Origin: Firmicutes bacterium UBA3914 | GTDB taxonomy: Bacteria; Bacillota; Limnochordia; Darwinibacteriales; Darwinibacteriaceae | DNA length: 46,723 bases | Direction: 5' to 3' | NCBI GenBank assembly: GCA_002391385.1 | Contig: DGEY01000060.1 | Span: 5,531 to 52,253 of the forward strand | Shown: positions 1 to 11,534 of the stretch, one piece after another | How the letters are laid out: every line of letters starts with the position of its first letter | How positions within the stretch are numbered: the first letter of the stretch is position 1 | The notes under the pieces: generated by a model | Database searches by the model: none | What the model saw: the letters and a program-made list of their open reading frames with translations, nothing else | What the model was told of the DNA's origin: nothing | Program-made: the position numbers and the translations under genes

Positions 1-1608
<1,608 letters not shown>

Positions 1609-1619
1609 GAGGAACTGAC

Positions 1620-1901
1620 ATGCTGGTGGGTACCTTGAGAGTGGAAGTATACATCCCCGGAGCCACATCCCTCAAGGATAAACGGCAGGTGGTCAAGGGT
1701 ATGATCCAGAAGGTTCAGCACCGCTTTAACGTGTCCATCGCCCAGCTGGACGGAGCGGATCTGTGGCAGAGGGCCACCATCGGAATCGCCATGGTGGGCG
1801 CAAGCCGCGAGCATGTGGAGCGGCAGCTGCAGCTGGTTTTGAACTTCCTTGATGCCGAACCCCGCTGGAGTGTGACCCAGGTGGAAATCGATTGGTGTTG
1901 A
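1620..1901 (+). CDS. DUF503 (YlxP-like) small protein
   Basis: ATG at 1620 begins MLVGTLRVEVYIPGATSLKDKRQV, the typical DUF503 N-terminus. The longer track ORF from 1290 is a read-through of the mnmA region in another frame. Confidence 0.8.
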   Translation: MLVGTLRVEVYIPGATSLKDKRQVVKGMIQKVQHRFNVSIAQLDGADLWQRATIGIAMVGASREHVERQLQLVLNFLDAEPRWSVTQVEIDWC

Positions 1902-1995
1902 GAGGTTTTCGCGCTCGCATAGGGAAGAGGTATGGAGAGGAAGGAACTAGCACCGCAGTTTCCAACCAAGATGCAGCAAGGAGGTTTATGCAGAA

Positions 1996-3582
1996 ATGAC
2001 AGAAGCTAGAACATCCAGACTAGCGGCAGTATTGAACCGGCCCAGCACTCGCTTCAATTTGTCGGCACCTCAGTTGGTGGAAGCCGCGCTCAGGCGGGGG
2101 GAAGGCAGGCTTTCTTCCACCGGCGCTTTCTCCACCACAACGGGGAAATACACCGGACGTTCGCCTAACGATAAGTTCATAGTGGAAGATGAAGTCACCC
2201 GGGATACGGTGGCCTGGGGCAAGGTTAACGTGCCCTTCAGCGAAGAGAAGTTCCACAAGATCTACGACCTGGTGCTGGACTTCCTGGAGCAGCGGGATGA
2301 GCTGTTTGTCTTTGATGGGTATGTGGGCGCCCACCCCGATCACAGTATGCCTCTGCGGGTGATCAACCAGTACGCCTGGCAGAATCTCTTTGCCCGTCAG
2401 CTGTTTATCCGTCCGCCCCGGGAAGCCCTTCAGGGCCATGAGCCCCAGTTTACGGTTATTGCTGTACCCGGCCTCCAGGCCGTCCCTGAACGGGATGGCA
2501 CCAATTCGGAAGCCTTTGTCATCGTCTCCTTCAAGGAGCGGGTGGTGCTCATTGGCGGCACCGCCTACGCCGGGGAAATCAAGAAGTCCATTTTTACTGT
2601 GATGAACTATCTTCTGCCCAGGGATGGAGTTTTGTCCATGCACTGCTCGGCGAACGTGGGTGCAGATGGTCGCACCGCCCTCTTTTTCGGGTTATCGGGG
2701 ACGGGCAAAACCACCCTTTCTGCAGATCCCCAGCGCAGGCTGGTGGGGGATGATGAGCACGGCTGGTCCGAAGGGGGCATCTTCAACCTGGAGGGCGGCT
2801 GCTACGCCAAGTGCATCAACTTGTCCCGGGAGCATGAGCCGCAGATCTGGGATGCTATCCGCTTCGGCGCGGTTTTGGAGAACGTGGTCCTGGATCCCCA
2901 CGAACACATCGCCGATTACGCCGACGGCTCCCTCACGGAAAACACCCGGTGCGCCTATCCCCTGGACTACATCCCCGGCAGGGTGGATCCCAGCATCGCG
3001 GGCCATCCCACCGCGGTGGTTTTCCTCACCGCCGATGCCTTTGGGGTTCTGCCCCCCATCAGCATCTTGGAAGATGAGCAGATTATGTACCACTTTATCT
3101 CCGGTTACACCAGTAAGCTGGCGGGCACCGAACGGGGCATCAAAGAGCCAGAGGCGACCTTTTCCGCCTGCTTCGGCGAGCCTTTCCTGCCGCTTAGCCC
3201 CTTGAAGTATGCGGAGATGCTGAAAGAGCGGGTAAACAAGCACGGGGCCAAGGTGTTTTTGATCAACACCGGCTGGTCCGGCGGCCCCTATGGCGTTGGG
3301 CAGCGCATCTCGCTGAAACACACAAGGCGCATGGTGACCGCGGCCCTCTCGGGCGAGCTGGACCATGTGGAAACGCGCCTGGATCCCATTTTCGGCTTCA
3401 AGGTACCCGTGAGCTGCCCAGATGTACCCAGCGAGATTCTGGATCCCAAAAAGACCTGGGACGACCCCGCGGCTTACGACGCCAAGGCCCGGGAGCTGGC
3501 CAAGGCTTTCCAGGCCAACTTCCAGGCGAAGTATGCCGGCTTGGCGCCGGAGGTACGCGCGGCGGGGCCCCGGCTGGACTAA
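1996..3582 (+). CDS. pckA: phosphoenolpyruvate carboxykinase (ATP)
   Basis: 528 aa with kinase-1a loop [11 protein letters not shown] and full-length ATP-PEPCK-like sequence. RBS AAGGAGG at 1978-1984. Confidence 0.95.
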   Translation: MTEARTSRLAAVLNRPSTRFNLSAPQLVEAALRRGEGRLSSTGAFSTTTGKYTGRSPNDKFIVEDEVTRDTVAWGKVNVPFSEEKFHKIYDLVLDFLEQRDELFVFDGYVGAHPDHSMPLRVINQYAWQNLFARQLFIRPPREALQGHEPQFTVIAVPGLQAVPERDGTNSEAFVIVSFKERVVLIGGTAYAGEIKKSIFTVMNYLLPRDGVLSMHCSANVGADGRTALFFGLSGTGKTTLSADPQRRLVGDDEHGWSEGGIFNLEGGCYAKCINLSREHEPQIWDAIRFGAVLENVVLDPHEHIADYADGSLTENTRCAYPLDYIPGRVDPSIAGHPTAVVFLTADAFGVLPPISILEDEQIMYHFISGYTSKLAGTERGIKEPEATFSACFGEPFLPLSPLKYAEMLKERVNKHGAKVFLINTGWSGGPYGVGQRISLKHTRRMVTAALSGELDHVETRLDPIFGFKVPVSCPDVPSEILDPKKTWDDPAAYDAKARELAKAFQANFQAKYAGLAPEVRAAGPRLD

Positions 3583-3619
3583 AGGTTTGCCGGAGGCGGG
3601 GTATCCCGCCTCCTCCCTT

Positions 3620-3650
3620 GGGTACAGATGGTTCTGTACCCGTTTTTGTT
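3620..3650 (+). terminator. intrinsic terminator after pckA (second of two tandem hairpins)
   Basis: GGGTACAGA(3620-28)/TCTGTACCC(3633-41), a 9-bp stem with 4-nt loop, followed by GTTTTTGTT. It is preceded by a second perfect hairpin, GGAGGCGGG(3592-3600)/CCCGCCTCC(3605-13). Confidence 0.75.
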
Positions 3651-3657
3651 AGGTCCT

Positions 3658-3687
3658 GTGCCAAGCGCTTTCCCAGCCTGGTAAAAT
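3658..3687 (+). promoter_or_regulatory. candidate sigma-A promoter for the membrane-protein/ABC operon
   Basis: Extended -10 TGgTAAAAT (3679-3687) with a weak -35 GTGCCA about 18 nt upstream. Motif match only. Confidence 0.3.
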
Positions 3688-3786
3688 AGGTCAGGGGCCG
3701 GAAGGGAGTTGGTCTGAAGGCGGAGGGATTTTCCCTTTCCAGGTTCTAAGATCCGGGTGGAGCGTTATACACAAGGAGTGGGGCAC

Positions 3787-4614
3787 ATGGGCTTGATCAG
3801 CCTGGTGGTTTTGGGCGGATTGGCCGTGCTGCTGAGTATCTTAGGGTACGAGCTTGGGGGAGCAGTGCTTCTGGGCGGAACAGCCCTTCTTTACTGGGTG
3901 TCTGCCCGCAGGCGGGGCAGGACGCCGGTCTGGGGTCTGGCGGCAGTCTTGGTTCTGGCCTACATCTGTTTCGGGCACTTTATGCCTGTCAAGGAAACAA
4001 GCCGTGGACTGCAGTCCACCATGGGCATGAGCTCCGCGCTCTACCCCCAGGTCCGTTCGGGAGAGCTTGCGATCTACTTCGGGGGTGGAACCATAACCCA
4101 GGTACCCGGTGATGGCAGCGTCCATTACTGGGGCGTACTCGGAGGCCCATCGGGGGCCGCAAACATGGAGGGCGCGGAGGGAGAACTGGCCCAGATTCTG
4201 CTGCGGCAAAAGGTTCGGCCGTGGTGGGCTAACCGCCGGCGGGTGAACGCTTGGGACCTCGAGCTCTCTCCAAAGGTTTCTTGGTCCTTGGAACAGCGGC
4301 TGGCCCACTGCACGGGGAGCCTCGATCTGCGGGGCATCCCGGTGGAAACCCTGAGGCTCACCGTGCTTAACAGCCAGGTGACCATCTATGTGGACCGGGC
4401 GCTGGATCTGCACCTCACCGCCCTGGGCTCGCAGGTGAACCTGATCGTTCCTCCCGATCTAGCACTATCGCCAGGAGGGCAGAGGCTGCAGTTTCTGGGG
4501 AGCAACAACCTGGCAGAATTCACCGCACCTGGGGGAAGCCTGCGGTTGCACTGGGAGGGATTCCTCAGCTCCCTGGCCGTCGAGCGCCAGCGGGGGAGCG
4601 ATTCTCCCGGGTGA
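3787..4614 (+). CDS. hypothetical membrane protein with beta-rich C-terminal domain (possibly LiaF/DUF2154- or DUF4097-like)
   Basis: ATG 3787 lies 8 nt after AAGGAG. The N-terminus has 2-3 hydrophobic helices (LISLVVLGGLAVLLSIL, VWGLAAVLVLAYICF). The C-terminus has repeated short strand-like segments (LRLTVLNSQVTIYVD, LHLTALGSQVNLIVP). The family assignment is weak. Confidence 0.55.
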   Translation: MGLISLVVLGGLAVLLSILGYELGGAVLLGGTALLYWVSARRRGRTPVWGLAAVLVLAYICFGHFMPVKETSRGLQSTMGMSSALYPQVRSGELAIYFGGGTITQVPGDGSVHYWGVLGGPSGAANMEGAEGELAQILLRQKVRPWWANRRRVNAWDLELSPKVSWSLEQRLAHCTGSLDLRGIPVETLRLTVLNSQVTIYVDRALDLHLTALGSQVNLIVPPDLALSPGGQRLQFLGSNNLAEFTAPGGSLRLHWEGFLSSLAVERQRGSDSPG

Positions 4615-4681
4615 GAGAGGAAAAGACTGGAGGAGCTAGAATATGGAAGTTGTCCAGAGCTAGAGTGAGCGGGGGGATCGT

Positions 4682-5641
4682 ATGGTCCGGGTCGAATCTC
4701 TAGAGAAGACATATCCCGGCCGCCGGGGAGCGCCGCCGGTGAAGGCTGTGGACCGCGTTAGTTTCCAGGTTCCCCAGGGGCAGCTGGTGGGGCTTTTGGG
4801 CCCCAACGGCGCCGGCAAAACCACCATTGTGAAGATGATGTGCGGCTTGATCAGGCCCGATGCCGGACAGATCTTCATCAACGGCAAGGACATGGTCTGT
4901 CGGCGCACTGAGGCCCTAGTGGATGTGAGCGCGGTTTTGGAGGGCAACCGCAATATCTACTGGCGGCTAACCTGCCGGGAGAATCTGGAGTTCTTTGCGG
5001 CCCTCAAGGGGCGCAGCCCTCGGGAAATTCAGCCCGAGATCGCCCGTTACCTGGATCTTTTCAAGCTGAACGACAAGGCTGACACCGAGGCCCGGAAGCT
5101 GTCCAGGGGCATGCAGCAAAAACTGGCCACTGCGGTCGCGTTGATTGCCCAAAGCCGTGTGGTTCTCCTGGATGAACCCACCTTAGGCCTGGATGTGCAG
5201 GCTTCCTTGGAAATACGGGAGCTGCTGAAAAGGATCGTTCAGGACGAGGGGCGCACGGTGATCCTCACTTCCCACGACATGAATGTGGTGCAGGACACCT
5301 GCGAGAGGGTGATCATCATCAATGAAGGCCGCATCGTGGCCGACGACAGTATCGATCATCTTCTGGATTTGTTTCAGGTGAAGGTCTGCCGCATCGTCAT
5401 TGGCGAAAGCCTGACCCCCGCCCAGCAGCAGGCCATCCAGGCCTTACCCCAGGTGCTCTTGGAAGAGGAAAACAACGGCAAAATCGCACTTACTGTTCCC
5501 CTGGAGGATGCCCAAGTGCTCCATGAACTTTTTGGCATCCTGGCGGCCAACAGCACGGTGATCTGCGCCATCGAGCAGAAGCAGACAAGCTTTGAGCGCG
5601 TCTTTCTGGAGATCCTGGGAAGGAGCGAGCACGGTGCGTAA
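4682..5641 (+). CDS. ABC transporter ATP-binding protein (ABC-2/DrrA-like)
   Basis: Walker A GPNGAGKTT, signature LSRGMQQK, Walker B VVLLDEPTLGLD. Confidence 0.9.
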   Translation: MVRVESLEKTYPGRRGAPPVKAVDRVSFQVPQGQLVGLLGPNGAGKTTIVKMMCGLIRPDAGQIFINGKDMVCRRTEALVDVSAVLEGNRNIYWRLTCRENLEFFAALKGRSPREIQPEIARYLDLFKLNDKADTEARKLSRGMQQKLATAVALIAQSRVVLLDEPTLGLDVQASLEIRELLKRIVQDEGRTVILTSHDMNVVQDTCERVIIINEGRIVADDSIDHLLDLFQVKVCRIVIGESLTPAQQQAIQALPQVLLEEENNGKIALTVPLEDAQVLHELFGILAANSTVICAIEQKQTSFERVFLEILGRSEHGA

Positions 5642-6413
5642 AAAGCTGATCCTGTTTTGGGCATTTCTGAAGAGGCAGTATGTCTACTTCCGCCGCTACC
5701 TTTTCAACAGCCTAGGCGGTATGCTCACTTTGTATGTGGTCTTCCTGCTCATCTTGGGGGGCTACAAGGGGTTGGTTGCGCCAGCGGGCACGGAGGGGGA
5801 TACCCTGGAAGCTCTCGTGGTGGGTTACGTGCTCTGGTTCTTTTTGATGACCAGCTACCAGGACGTGTACAACACCGTCCGCAATGAATCCCTCACCGGT
5901 ACACTGGAGCAGCTGTATATGTCCACCCACGGTTTTGGCTGGGTGATGGGGGCCAATGTTGCCGCCGCGTTTTTAGCCAATCTGGTGATGGTGGCCCTGC
6001 TCTTGACCGCTGCCCTCTGGACCAGCGGCGCCGTGGTCAATATTGATGTGGGTGGGCTTTTGCCGGTTCTGGTGGGTACTCTCTTCGGGCCTGTGGCCAT
6101 AGGCTTTGCCGCAGCTGGTCTAGCTCTGGTCTTTAAGCGCATAGACAGCTACACGCAGATGGTGCAGTTTGTTTTGATTGCCCTGGTGGCTGTACCTGCG
6201 GAGAAAGCGTTTTGGCTGCGCCTTCTGCCGGGGAGCTTCGGCGCCAGCCTGGTGCGGGATATTATGATCCGCGGCCAGAGCCTGCTGGAGATCGGTTTAG
6301 CCAAGCTAGTTTTGTTGTTTTTGATTGGGATAGGGCACCTTGCCCTGGGCTATGGGGTTTACAAAGTGTGTGAAAAACGAGCCATGGTCTGGGGGATGTT
6401 GGGCCACTATTAA
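5634..6413 (+). CDS. ABC-2 type transporter permease
   Basis: GTG 5634 overlaps the ATPase stop codon. The protein is about 259 aa with around six hydrophobic segments, directly downstream of the ATPase. Confidence 0.8.
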   Translation: MRKKLILFWAFLKRQYVYFRRYLFNSLGGMLTLYVVFLLILGGYKGLVAPAGTEGDTLEALVVGYVLWFFLMTSYQDVYNTVRNESLTGTLEQLYMSTHGFGWVMGANVAAAFLANLVMVALLLTAALWTSGAVVNIDVGGLLPVLVGTLFGPVAIGFAAAGLALVFKRIDSYTQMVQFVLIALVAVPAEKAFWLRLLPGSFGASLVRDIMIRGQSLLEIGLAKLVLLFLIGIGHLALGYGVYKVCEKRAMVWGMLGHY

Positions 6414-6420
6414 CACTAAG

Positions 6421-6447
6421 GGGCTGGCGGCCGGGCCGCGCCAGCCC
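6421..6447 (+). terminator. GC-rich hairpin after the ABC permease (weak terminator; no clear T-tract)
   Basis: GGGCTGGCG(6421-29)/CGCCAGCCC(6439-47), a 9-bp stem. Confidence 0.35.
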
Positions 6448-6480
6448 GCAAGTTAGACGTCTATTATTAGGAGGGTTTTT

Positions 6481-7434
6481 GTGTCAGAACATCGTTTTGC
6501 CATCTTGATTGATGGTGAGAATATCGCCCCGCGGTTCTTAGGGCCCATCTTGGCCGAAATCAACCGCTCCGGCGAGATCATCTTGACTAGGGTCTACGGC
6601 GACTGGACCGAACCCCACATGGGTGGGTGGAAGGAGCTGCTGCAGAGCTATCCGGTCAGGCCGGTCCAGCAGTTCCGCTACGGGCAGAATGCCACCGACG
6701 GCGCCTTGATCATGGATGCCATTGAGATCGTGTCCACCAACCGGAATCCGGTCAATGCTTTTTGCATCGTATCCAGCGACAGCGACTATTACAGCTTGGC
6801 GCTGCGTTTGCGGGAGCACGGTATGTATGTGTGCGGCATCGGCCGCCAGGGCACCAAGAATATCTTAGTGCGTTCCTGCAATCGCTTTATCTACCTGGAA
6901 AACCTGGGTTTTTCCGGCAGTTCGGCTGTGGAGGAAGAAAACAAGACCTCACCGGGGGCCCTGCCGGTGGAGGATATTGTGCGGCGGGCCTATGAGGCTA
7001 GTGAGGAGGACAGCGATGGCTGGCTGCTTTTGGCCCATCTGGGACAGGCCATCCGCCGGGAGTTCTCCGATTTTGACCCCCGCAGCTACAACTACACCAA
7101 CCTCTTGGATATTCTCCGGTCCTACCCTGATCTCTTTGAGGTGCGGAGCAACAACAAGACGCCGCCGGTGTACTGGATGCGGGTCATTCCCAAAGATGCC
7201 GCGCCCCGCAAGCAGAGGGGTGTAATCAAGCGCTTTATGGGCAATTACGGTTTTATCCGCGGTGATAAGGGAGACTATTTCTTCACCAGGGCGAACCTGT
7301 CCGCGGATCAGCGGGACAAACATCTCAAGCCCGGTACGCCCGTGGAGTTTACGGAAATCAAGGCGCCTGATCCCAGCGGGGAGACTTCCCTGGAGAAGAA
7401 CGGCCGGGCCCAGAATGTAACCATAATCCATTAA
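6481..7434 (+). CDS. NYN (LabA-like PIN-fold) nuclease domain - OST-HTH/LOTUS - cold-shock-like OB domain protein
   Basis: N-terminus FAILIDGENI...VYGDW...IVSSDSDY is LabA/NYN-like. The middle region (DGWLLLAHLGQAIRREFSDFDPRSYNYTNLLDILRSYPDLFEV) is OST-HTH-like. The C-terminus GVIKRFMGNYGFIRGDKGDYFFTRANL...GTPVEF is CSD-like. RBS AGGAGGG precedes GTG 6481. Confidence 0.8.
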   Translation: MSEHRFAILIDGENIAPRFLGPILAEINRSGEIILTRVYGDWTEPHMGGWKELLQSYPVRPVQQFRYGQNATDGALIMDAIEIVSTNRNPVNAFCIVSSDSDYYSLALRLREHGMYVCGIGRQGTKNILVRSCNRFIYLENLGFSGSSAVEEENKTSPGALPVEDIVRRAYEASEEDSDGWLLLAHLGQAIRREFSDFDPRSYNYTNLLDILRSYPDLFEVRSNNKTPPVYWMRVIPKDAAPRKQRGVIKRFMGNYGFIRGDKGDYFFTRANLSADQRDKHLKPGTPVEFTEIKAPDPSGETSLEKNGRAQNVTIIH

Positions 7435-8756
7435 GAAGTCCGTAGGTACCTTCGGGCCAGCTCCAGGAGGGTTTGCGTTTCATTGAGATCAGGGTTTTCC
7501 CAGACCTGCTCCAGGAGATAATTGAGAATCTCGCCGATGATGGGCCCAGGCTTAAGGTCTAGGGCGGCCATCAGGTCGTGCCCATCTAGTTTCAGGTCCT
7601 TGAGGGAAAGGGCGCTTTCTTCCTGGAGGATAGCCCGGAGGCGGGCTTCCATCTCCTTGCCGAAGGCGATGATCTGCCGAACCGGAGCGTTCATGCCGGC
7701 CATATCGGCCTGGCGCAGTTTCACTAAGGCCAAGGCCAGCTCCGGGCCCACCTGGCCCAGGAATCTCCTGAGGGCCCGGTCCGAGGAGTGGGGATGCACC
7801 GAAAACATGTGGTACGTGATGAGCGCTGTCACTTGGCTGATCAAGCTGCTGCTGGCCCGCAGGCGCCGCAGCAGCTGCCCGGCCATGGCCGCGCTCAGCT
7901 CCGCGTGATCCCGCCCCAGGCTGTGCTGCTTGCCCAGGTCGTGGAGCAGGGCCGCCCAGCGCAGGGCTAAGTCCGGATGGGCGAAATGCGCCGCCGTGCA
8001 GGAGTGGGTGAGAAGATCATAGGGATGCTGGGGGCCCGCAGGCAGCCCCCGGCAGGCGGCCAGCTCCGGCAGGACCTTTTGCAGGAGGCCGCTTATGGTA
8101 AAGGTTTGCAGGGCAGAGAGGAGTTCTCTGCCCAGCAGCATCTTATTGAGCTCCGCGAGGATTCTCTCGGGGCTCACTGTAACTATGAGAGGTGCCAGCT
8201 TCGGCAGGACCTGTTCGGTCTTTTTCTCGATCCTAAAGCCCAAGGTGGCTTGGAAACGCAAAAGGCGCAGCATGCGCAGGGGGTCTTCCCGAAAACGGTG
8301 GGTAGGTTCCCCTACGGTAGCCAGCAGCTTTCTCCTCAGATGTTTGCGCCCTTGAAAGGGATCGATGAGGCGCCGGGCCAAGGGGTCGTACCCCAAGGCG
8401 TTGATGGTGAAATCGCGCCTGGCCAGGTCCAGTTCCAGGCGGTCCGTGAAGATGATGTAGTCGGGCCGCCTTTGGTCGCTGTAGGGTCCGTCGCTGCGCA
8501 TGGTGGTCACTTCCAGGCCTCTGCCTGCCACAAAGACGGTTACCGTACCAAACCTCTTGCCGGTGGGGAGGGATCCTGGAAAGAGCTCTTCCACCTGGTC
8601 CGGTACGGCGTCGGTGGCAATGTCCCAATCCGTGGGCTCAAGGCCCAGCAGGCTGTCGCGAACGGCCCCACCCACCAGGTAGGCCTGGAAGCCGTGCTCT
8701 TTGAGGATGGCACAGGCCTGCAGAGCCTCGGGGGGCACCTTGATGGTCATAAGCAC
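7431..8756 (-). CDS. cca: CCA-adding tRNA nucleotidyltransferase with HD domain
   Basis: Polymerase head motif GGAVRDSLLG...DWDIAT and an HD motif (LLHDLGK). 441 aa. Confidence 0.88.
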   Translation of the reverse strand: MLMTIKVPPEALQACAILKEHGFQAYLVGGAVRDSLLGLEPTDWDIATDAVPDQVEELFPGSLPTGKRFGTVTVFVAGRGLEVTTMRSDGPYSDQRRPDYIIFTDRLELDLARRDFTINALGYDPLARRLIDPFQGRKHLRRKLLATVGEPTHRFREDPLRMLRLLRFQATLGFRIEKKTEQVLPKLAPLIVTVSPERILAELNKMLLGRELLSALQTFTISGLLQKVLPELAACRGLPAGPQHPYDLLTHSCTAAHFAHPDLALRWAALLHDLGKQHSLGRDHAELSAAMAGQLLRRLRASSSLISQVTALITYHMFSVHPHSSDRALRRFLGQVGPELALALVKLRQADMAGMNAPVRQIIAFGKEMEARLRAILQEESALSLKDLKLDGHDLMAALDLKPGPIIGEILNYLLEQVWENPDLNETQTLLELARRYLRTS

Positions 8757-8872
8757 TCCTCCTCAGCGCCGTTTCACTTCGCCATTTCCCGCTCTTTCTC
8801 CTCTTCTGCGCAGGAATGCGCTTCTCCGTATGGAATTGTATTAGGCACAGCAGTCAACTAGGTGGTGAGTCA

Positions 8873-9595
8873 GTGCTAAGCAGTATTTCCCTGGAATTCG
8901 GTCCCTTGGTGCCGGCTCGCTTTGTTGAGCGCCCCAACCGCTTTGTGGTGCACTGCCGGCTGGAAAGCTCAGGGGAGCTGGTGGCAGCCCATCTGGCCGA
9001 TCCAGGGAGGCTCAAGGAACTTCTGGTGCCCGACGCGCGGCTCTATTTGCGCCAGGCAGCAGAGCCCACCCGGAAAACGCGGTGGTCGGTGATTTTGGTG
9101 CAGGCTGCCAGCTCGGTTTTAGTCTCCCTGCAGTCCGCACTGGTTAACCATCTGGCGGCGGAGGCTCTGCGCCGGGGGGCCATCGCCGAGCTCGCCGAGT
9201 GGCATGTGCTGCGCAGCGAGTATACCCAGGGCGGCTCCCGCTTCGACTTTCTCCTGGAAAACGATGGGGGAGAAAAGCTGCTTCTGGAAGTGAAGAGCTG
9301 CACGCTGGTGCAGGAGGGCACTGCCCTCTTCCCGGATGCTGTCACCGCGAGGGGGACAAGGCATGTACAGGAGCTGACGGAGCTGCAGTCCACGGGGGAG
9401 TTTCAGGGCGGAGTGCTCTTTGTGGTGCAGAGGGCAGATGCCAAGACCTTCAGCCCCGCAGCCCAGATCGATCCCCGCTTTGCGCAAGCTCTGCGCCGTG
9501 CCCAGCAAGCAGGAGTTCGCGTTCTGTCGTATAACTGCACTGTAGAGGAAACAGCCATCACCTGGGGGCACAGGCTCCCAGTAGATCTTGGGTAG
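8873..9595 (+). CDS. sfsA: sugar fermentation stimulation protein SfsA (DNA-binding/nuclease-fold)
   Basis: ARFVERPNRFVVHCRL...AHLADPGRLKELL is typical of SfsA. I prefer GTG 8873 behind GGTGGTGAG over the track ATG 8816. Confidence 0.82.
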   Translation: MLSSISLEFGPLVPARFVERPNRFVVHCRLESSGELVAAHLADPGRLKELLVPDARLYLRQAAEPTRKTRWSVILVQAASSVLVSLQSALVNHLAAEALRRGAIAELAEWHVLRSEYTQGGSRFDFLLENDGGEKLLLEVKSCTLVQEGTALFPDAVTARGTRHVQELTELQSTGEFQGGVLFVVQRADAKTFSPAAQIDPRFAQALRRAQQAGVRVLSYNCTVEETAITWGHRLPVDLG

Positions 9596-9607
9596 GAGGG
9601 TGGTTCC

Positions 9608-10591
9608 ATGGTGGCGGAGCTGGTGACCAAAACGCACATTGCCATTATTTGGGATTTTGACAAGACCCTGATCCCCGGTTATATGCAGGAGCCGCTGTTC
9701 CGGTACTACAACGTGGACGGCCGCGCCTTCTGGCGTGAGGTCAATGCCCTGCCCAAGTATCTCCGCCGGGAAGGCAATGAAATGGTGGCCGAGGACAGCA
9801 TCTACCTGAACCATATCCTATCTTATGTGCGGGCAGGTATCTTCCGCGGCCTCAACAACAAGCTGCTCAGGCAGCTCGGCAGTGAACTGGAGTTTTACCC
9901 TGGACTGCCCGAGTTCTTCCAAGCGGTGAAGGACTATGTGGCCAACGATCCTGTATATCGTAAATACGATATCAAAGTGGAACACTATATTGTCAGCACC
10001 GGCCTGCGGCAGATGATCTTGGGGAGCAAGATCGCCAACTACGTGGACGGCATCTGGGCCTGCGAGTTTGTGGAGGTGCGCCTTCCCCCGGGCTTTCTCA
10101 AGGGCGGTGTCCCGGAAGTGCCCGAAGAGGAAATTGTGATCCAGGATATTGGCTATGTGATCGACAACACCACCAAAACCCGGGCCATCTTTGAGATCAA
10201 CAAGGGGGTCAACAAACTGGAAGGGATCGATGTAAACAGCTATATTCCCCGCTCTGAACGGCGCATTCCCTTCCAGAACATGATCTACATCGCCGATGGC
10301 CCCAGTGACGTTCCCGTCTTTTCCTTGATCAACCAAAACGGGGGCAGGACCTATGGCGTCTATGCCCGGGGTGCCCGGGAGGAATTCGCGCAGGTGAATA
10401 AGCTGCAGCAGCAGCGGAGGATCCACGCCTTTGGCGAGGCCAACTACGAGCCCAATACCCAGACCTATATGTGGATTATGAACGCAGTGCAAGAAATAGC
10501 CGATACTATTGTGCGCAATACGGAGTTTGTGCTCTCCAGCAGAGCAGGTGAATCTCCGCGGCATTTGAACGGACAGGGGGATCTGGAGTGA
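9608..10591 (+). CDS. HAD-superfamily hydrolase/phosphatase-like protein (large cap insertions)
   Basis: Motif I IIWDFDKTL (DxDxT), motif II VSTG, motif IV YIADGPSDVP. 327 aa. Confidence 0.72.
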   Translation: MVAELVTKTHIAIIWDFDKTLIPGYMQEPLFRYYNVDGRAFWREVNALPKYLRREGNEMVAEDSIYLNHILSYVRAGIFRGLNNKLLRQLGSELEFYPGLPEFFQAVKDYVANDPVYRKYDIKVEHYIVSTGLRQMILGSKIANYVDGIWACEFVEVRLPPGFLKGGVPEVPEEEIVIQDIGYVIDNTTKTRAIFEINKGVNKLEGIDVNSYIPRSERRIPFQNMIYIADGPSDVPVFSLINQNGGRTYGVYARGAREEFAQVNKLQQQRRIHAFGEANYEPNTQTYMWIMNAVQEIADTIVRNTEFVLSSRAGESPRHLNGQGDLE

Positions 10592-11520
10592 AGGAGCTTT
10601 TAGCGAAGTGGGGTCCTGAATTCAGGCAGGCGGACATCACCTCTGTGGAGGATGGGGTTTGGCGCGTGCAGTTGGGGCAGGAAACCTACATTCTCAAACA
10701 CAGGACGGCCCGCAGCCGGGTCTGGGAGGAATACGACCTGCTCAACTGGCTCACGGCCCAAGGACAGCCCATTTCGCCCCTGCTGTTTACCAAGGAGGAA
10801 ACGCCCTGGGCCGAGTACCAGCTGGGGATTTATGTGCTCTACCGCTTTGTGGAAGGCACCCCCGGGGATAAGCTGGGCGGCTACACCGCGGCCTTTGCCA
10901 GGGAAGCTGGGGCTACATTGGCAAGGCTGCATCGGGTTCTGGCGGAATACCCCGCGGGCGATTCCTTCCCCGTCTTTGATCTCTTTCAGGAAGCGGCCAG
11001 CTACGCCTGGCCCGCGGTGCAGAGCCATGCCGCCCTGAAGTTCGGCCACAGCCTGCATCCCCTGAAGGAAGCCATCGGCGGCGAACTGGTGAACCCCTAC
11101 GAAGCCCTGCCCAGGCAGCTCATCCACAGGGATTTCCATCCCGGGAATCTCATCTTCCGGGACGGCAGGATTGTGGGCATTCTAGATTTCGACCGGGTCC
11201 GCCTGGGAATCCGCCTATTTGACCTTTGTTATCTGGCCACCGCCGTGCTGAGCGGGGAGTTTGATCGGCCCCAAAGGCGCCGGGAATGGTTGGGCTTTGT
11301 CCGGGAGCTGATCGTAGGGTATTGTTCGGTGGAACCACTCACCAGAACTGAAGGATTTGCCTTCCTCCATATCATCTACCTGATTCAGCTTTTGTTCATC
11401 GCCCATTACCTGGATCTGGGCAGCACTTCCCTGGCGGACAAAAACATGGCCATGCTGCTTTGGATCCATGAACAGCAGGACTTCTTCCGACCCATCATCG
11501 AAAAGTTGGTGGCGGGATAG
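10588..11520 (+). CDS. APH/CotS/homoserine-kinase-II-family phosphotransferase
   Basis: Catalytic loop IHRDFHPGNLIF and metal-binding ILDFD. GTG 10588 overlaps the upstream stop codon (GTGA). Confidence 0.8.
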   Translation: MKELLAKWGPEFRQADITSVEDGVWRVQLGQETYILKHRTARSRVWEEYDLLNWLTAQGQPISPLLFTKEETPWAEYQLGIYVLYRFVEGTPGDKLGGYTAAFAREAGATLARLHRVLAEYPAGDSFPVFDLFQEAASYAWPAVQSHAALKFGHSLHPLKEAIGGELVNPYEALPRQLIHRDFHPGNLIFRDGRIVGILDFDRVRLGIRLFDLCYLATAVLSGEFDRPQRRREWLGFVRELIVGYCSVEPLTRTEGFAFLHIIYLIQLLFIAHYLDLGSTSLADKNMAMLLWIHEQQDFFRPIIEKLVAG

Positions 11521-11534
11521 GCAGGTGAGGCAGG

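Noticed and set aside
1988-1999. Mini-ORF ATG-CAG-AAA-TGA overlapping the pckA start
   Set aside because: Its ATG is only 3 nt from the AAGGAGG RBS, too close for initiation. The pckA ATG at 1996 has workable spacing.
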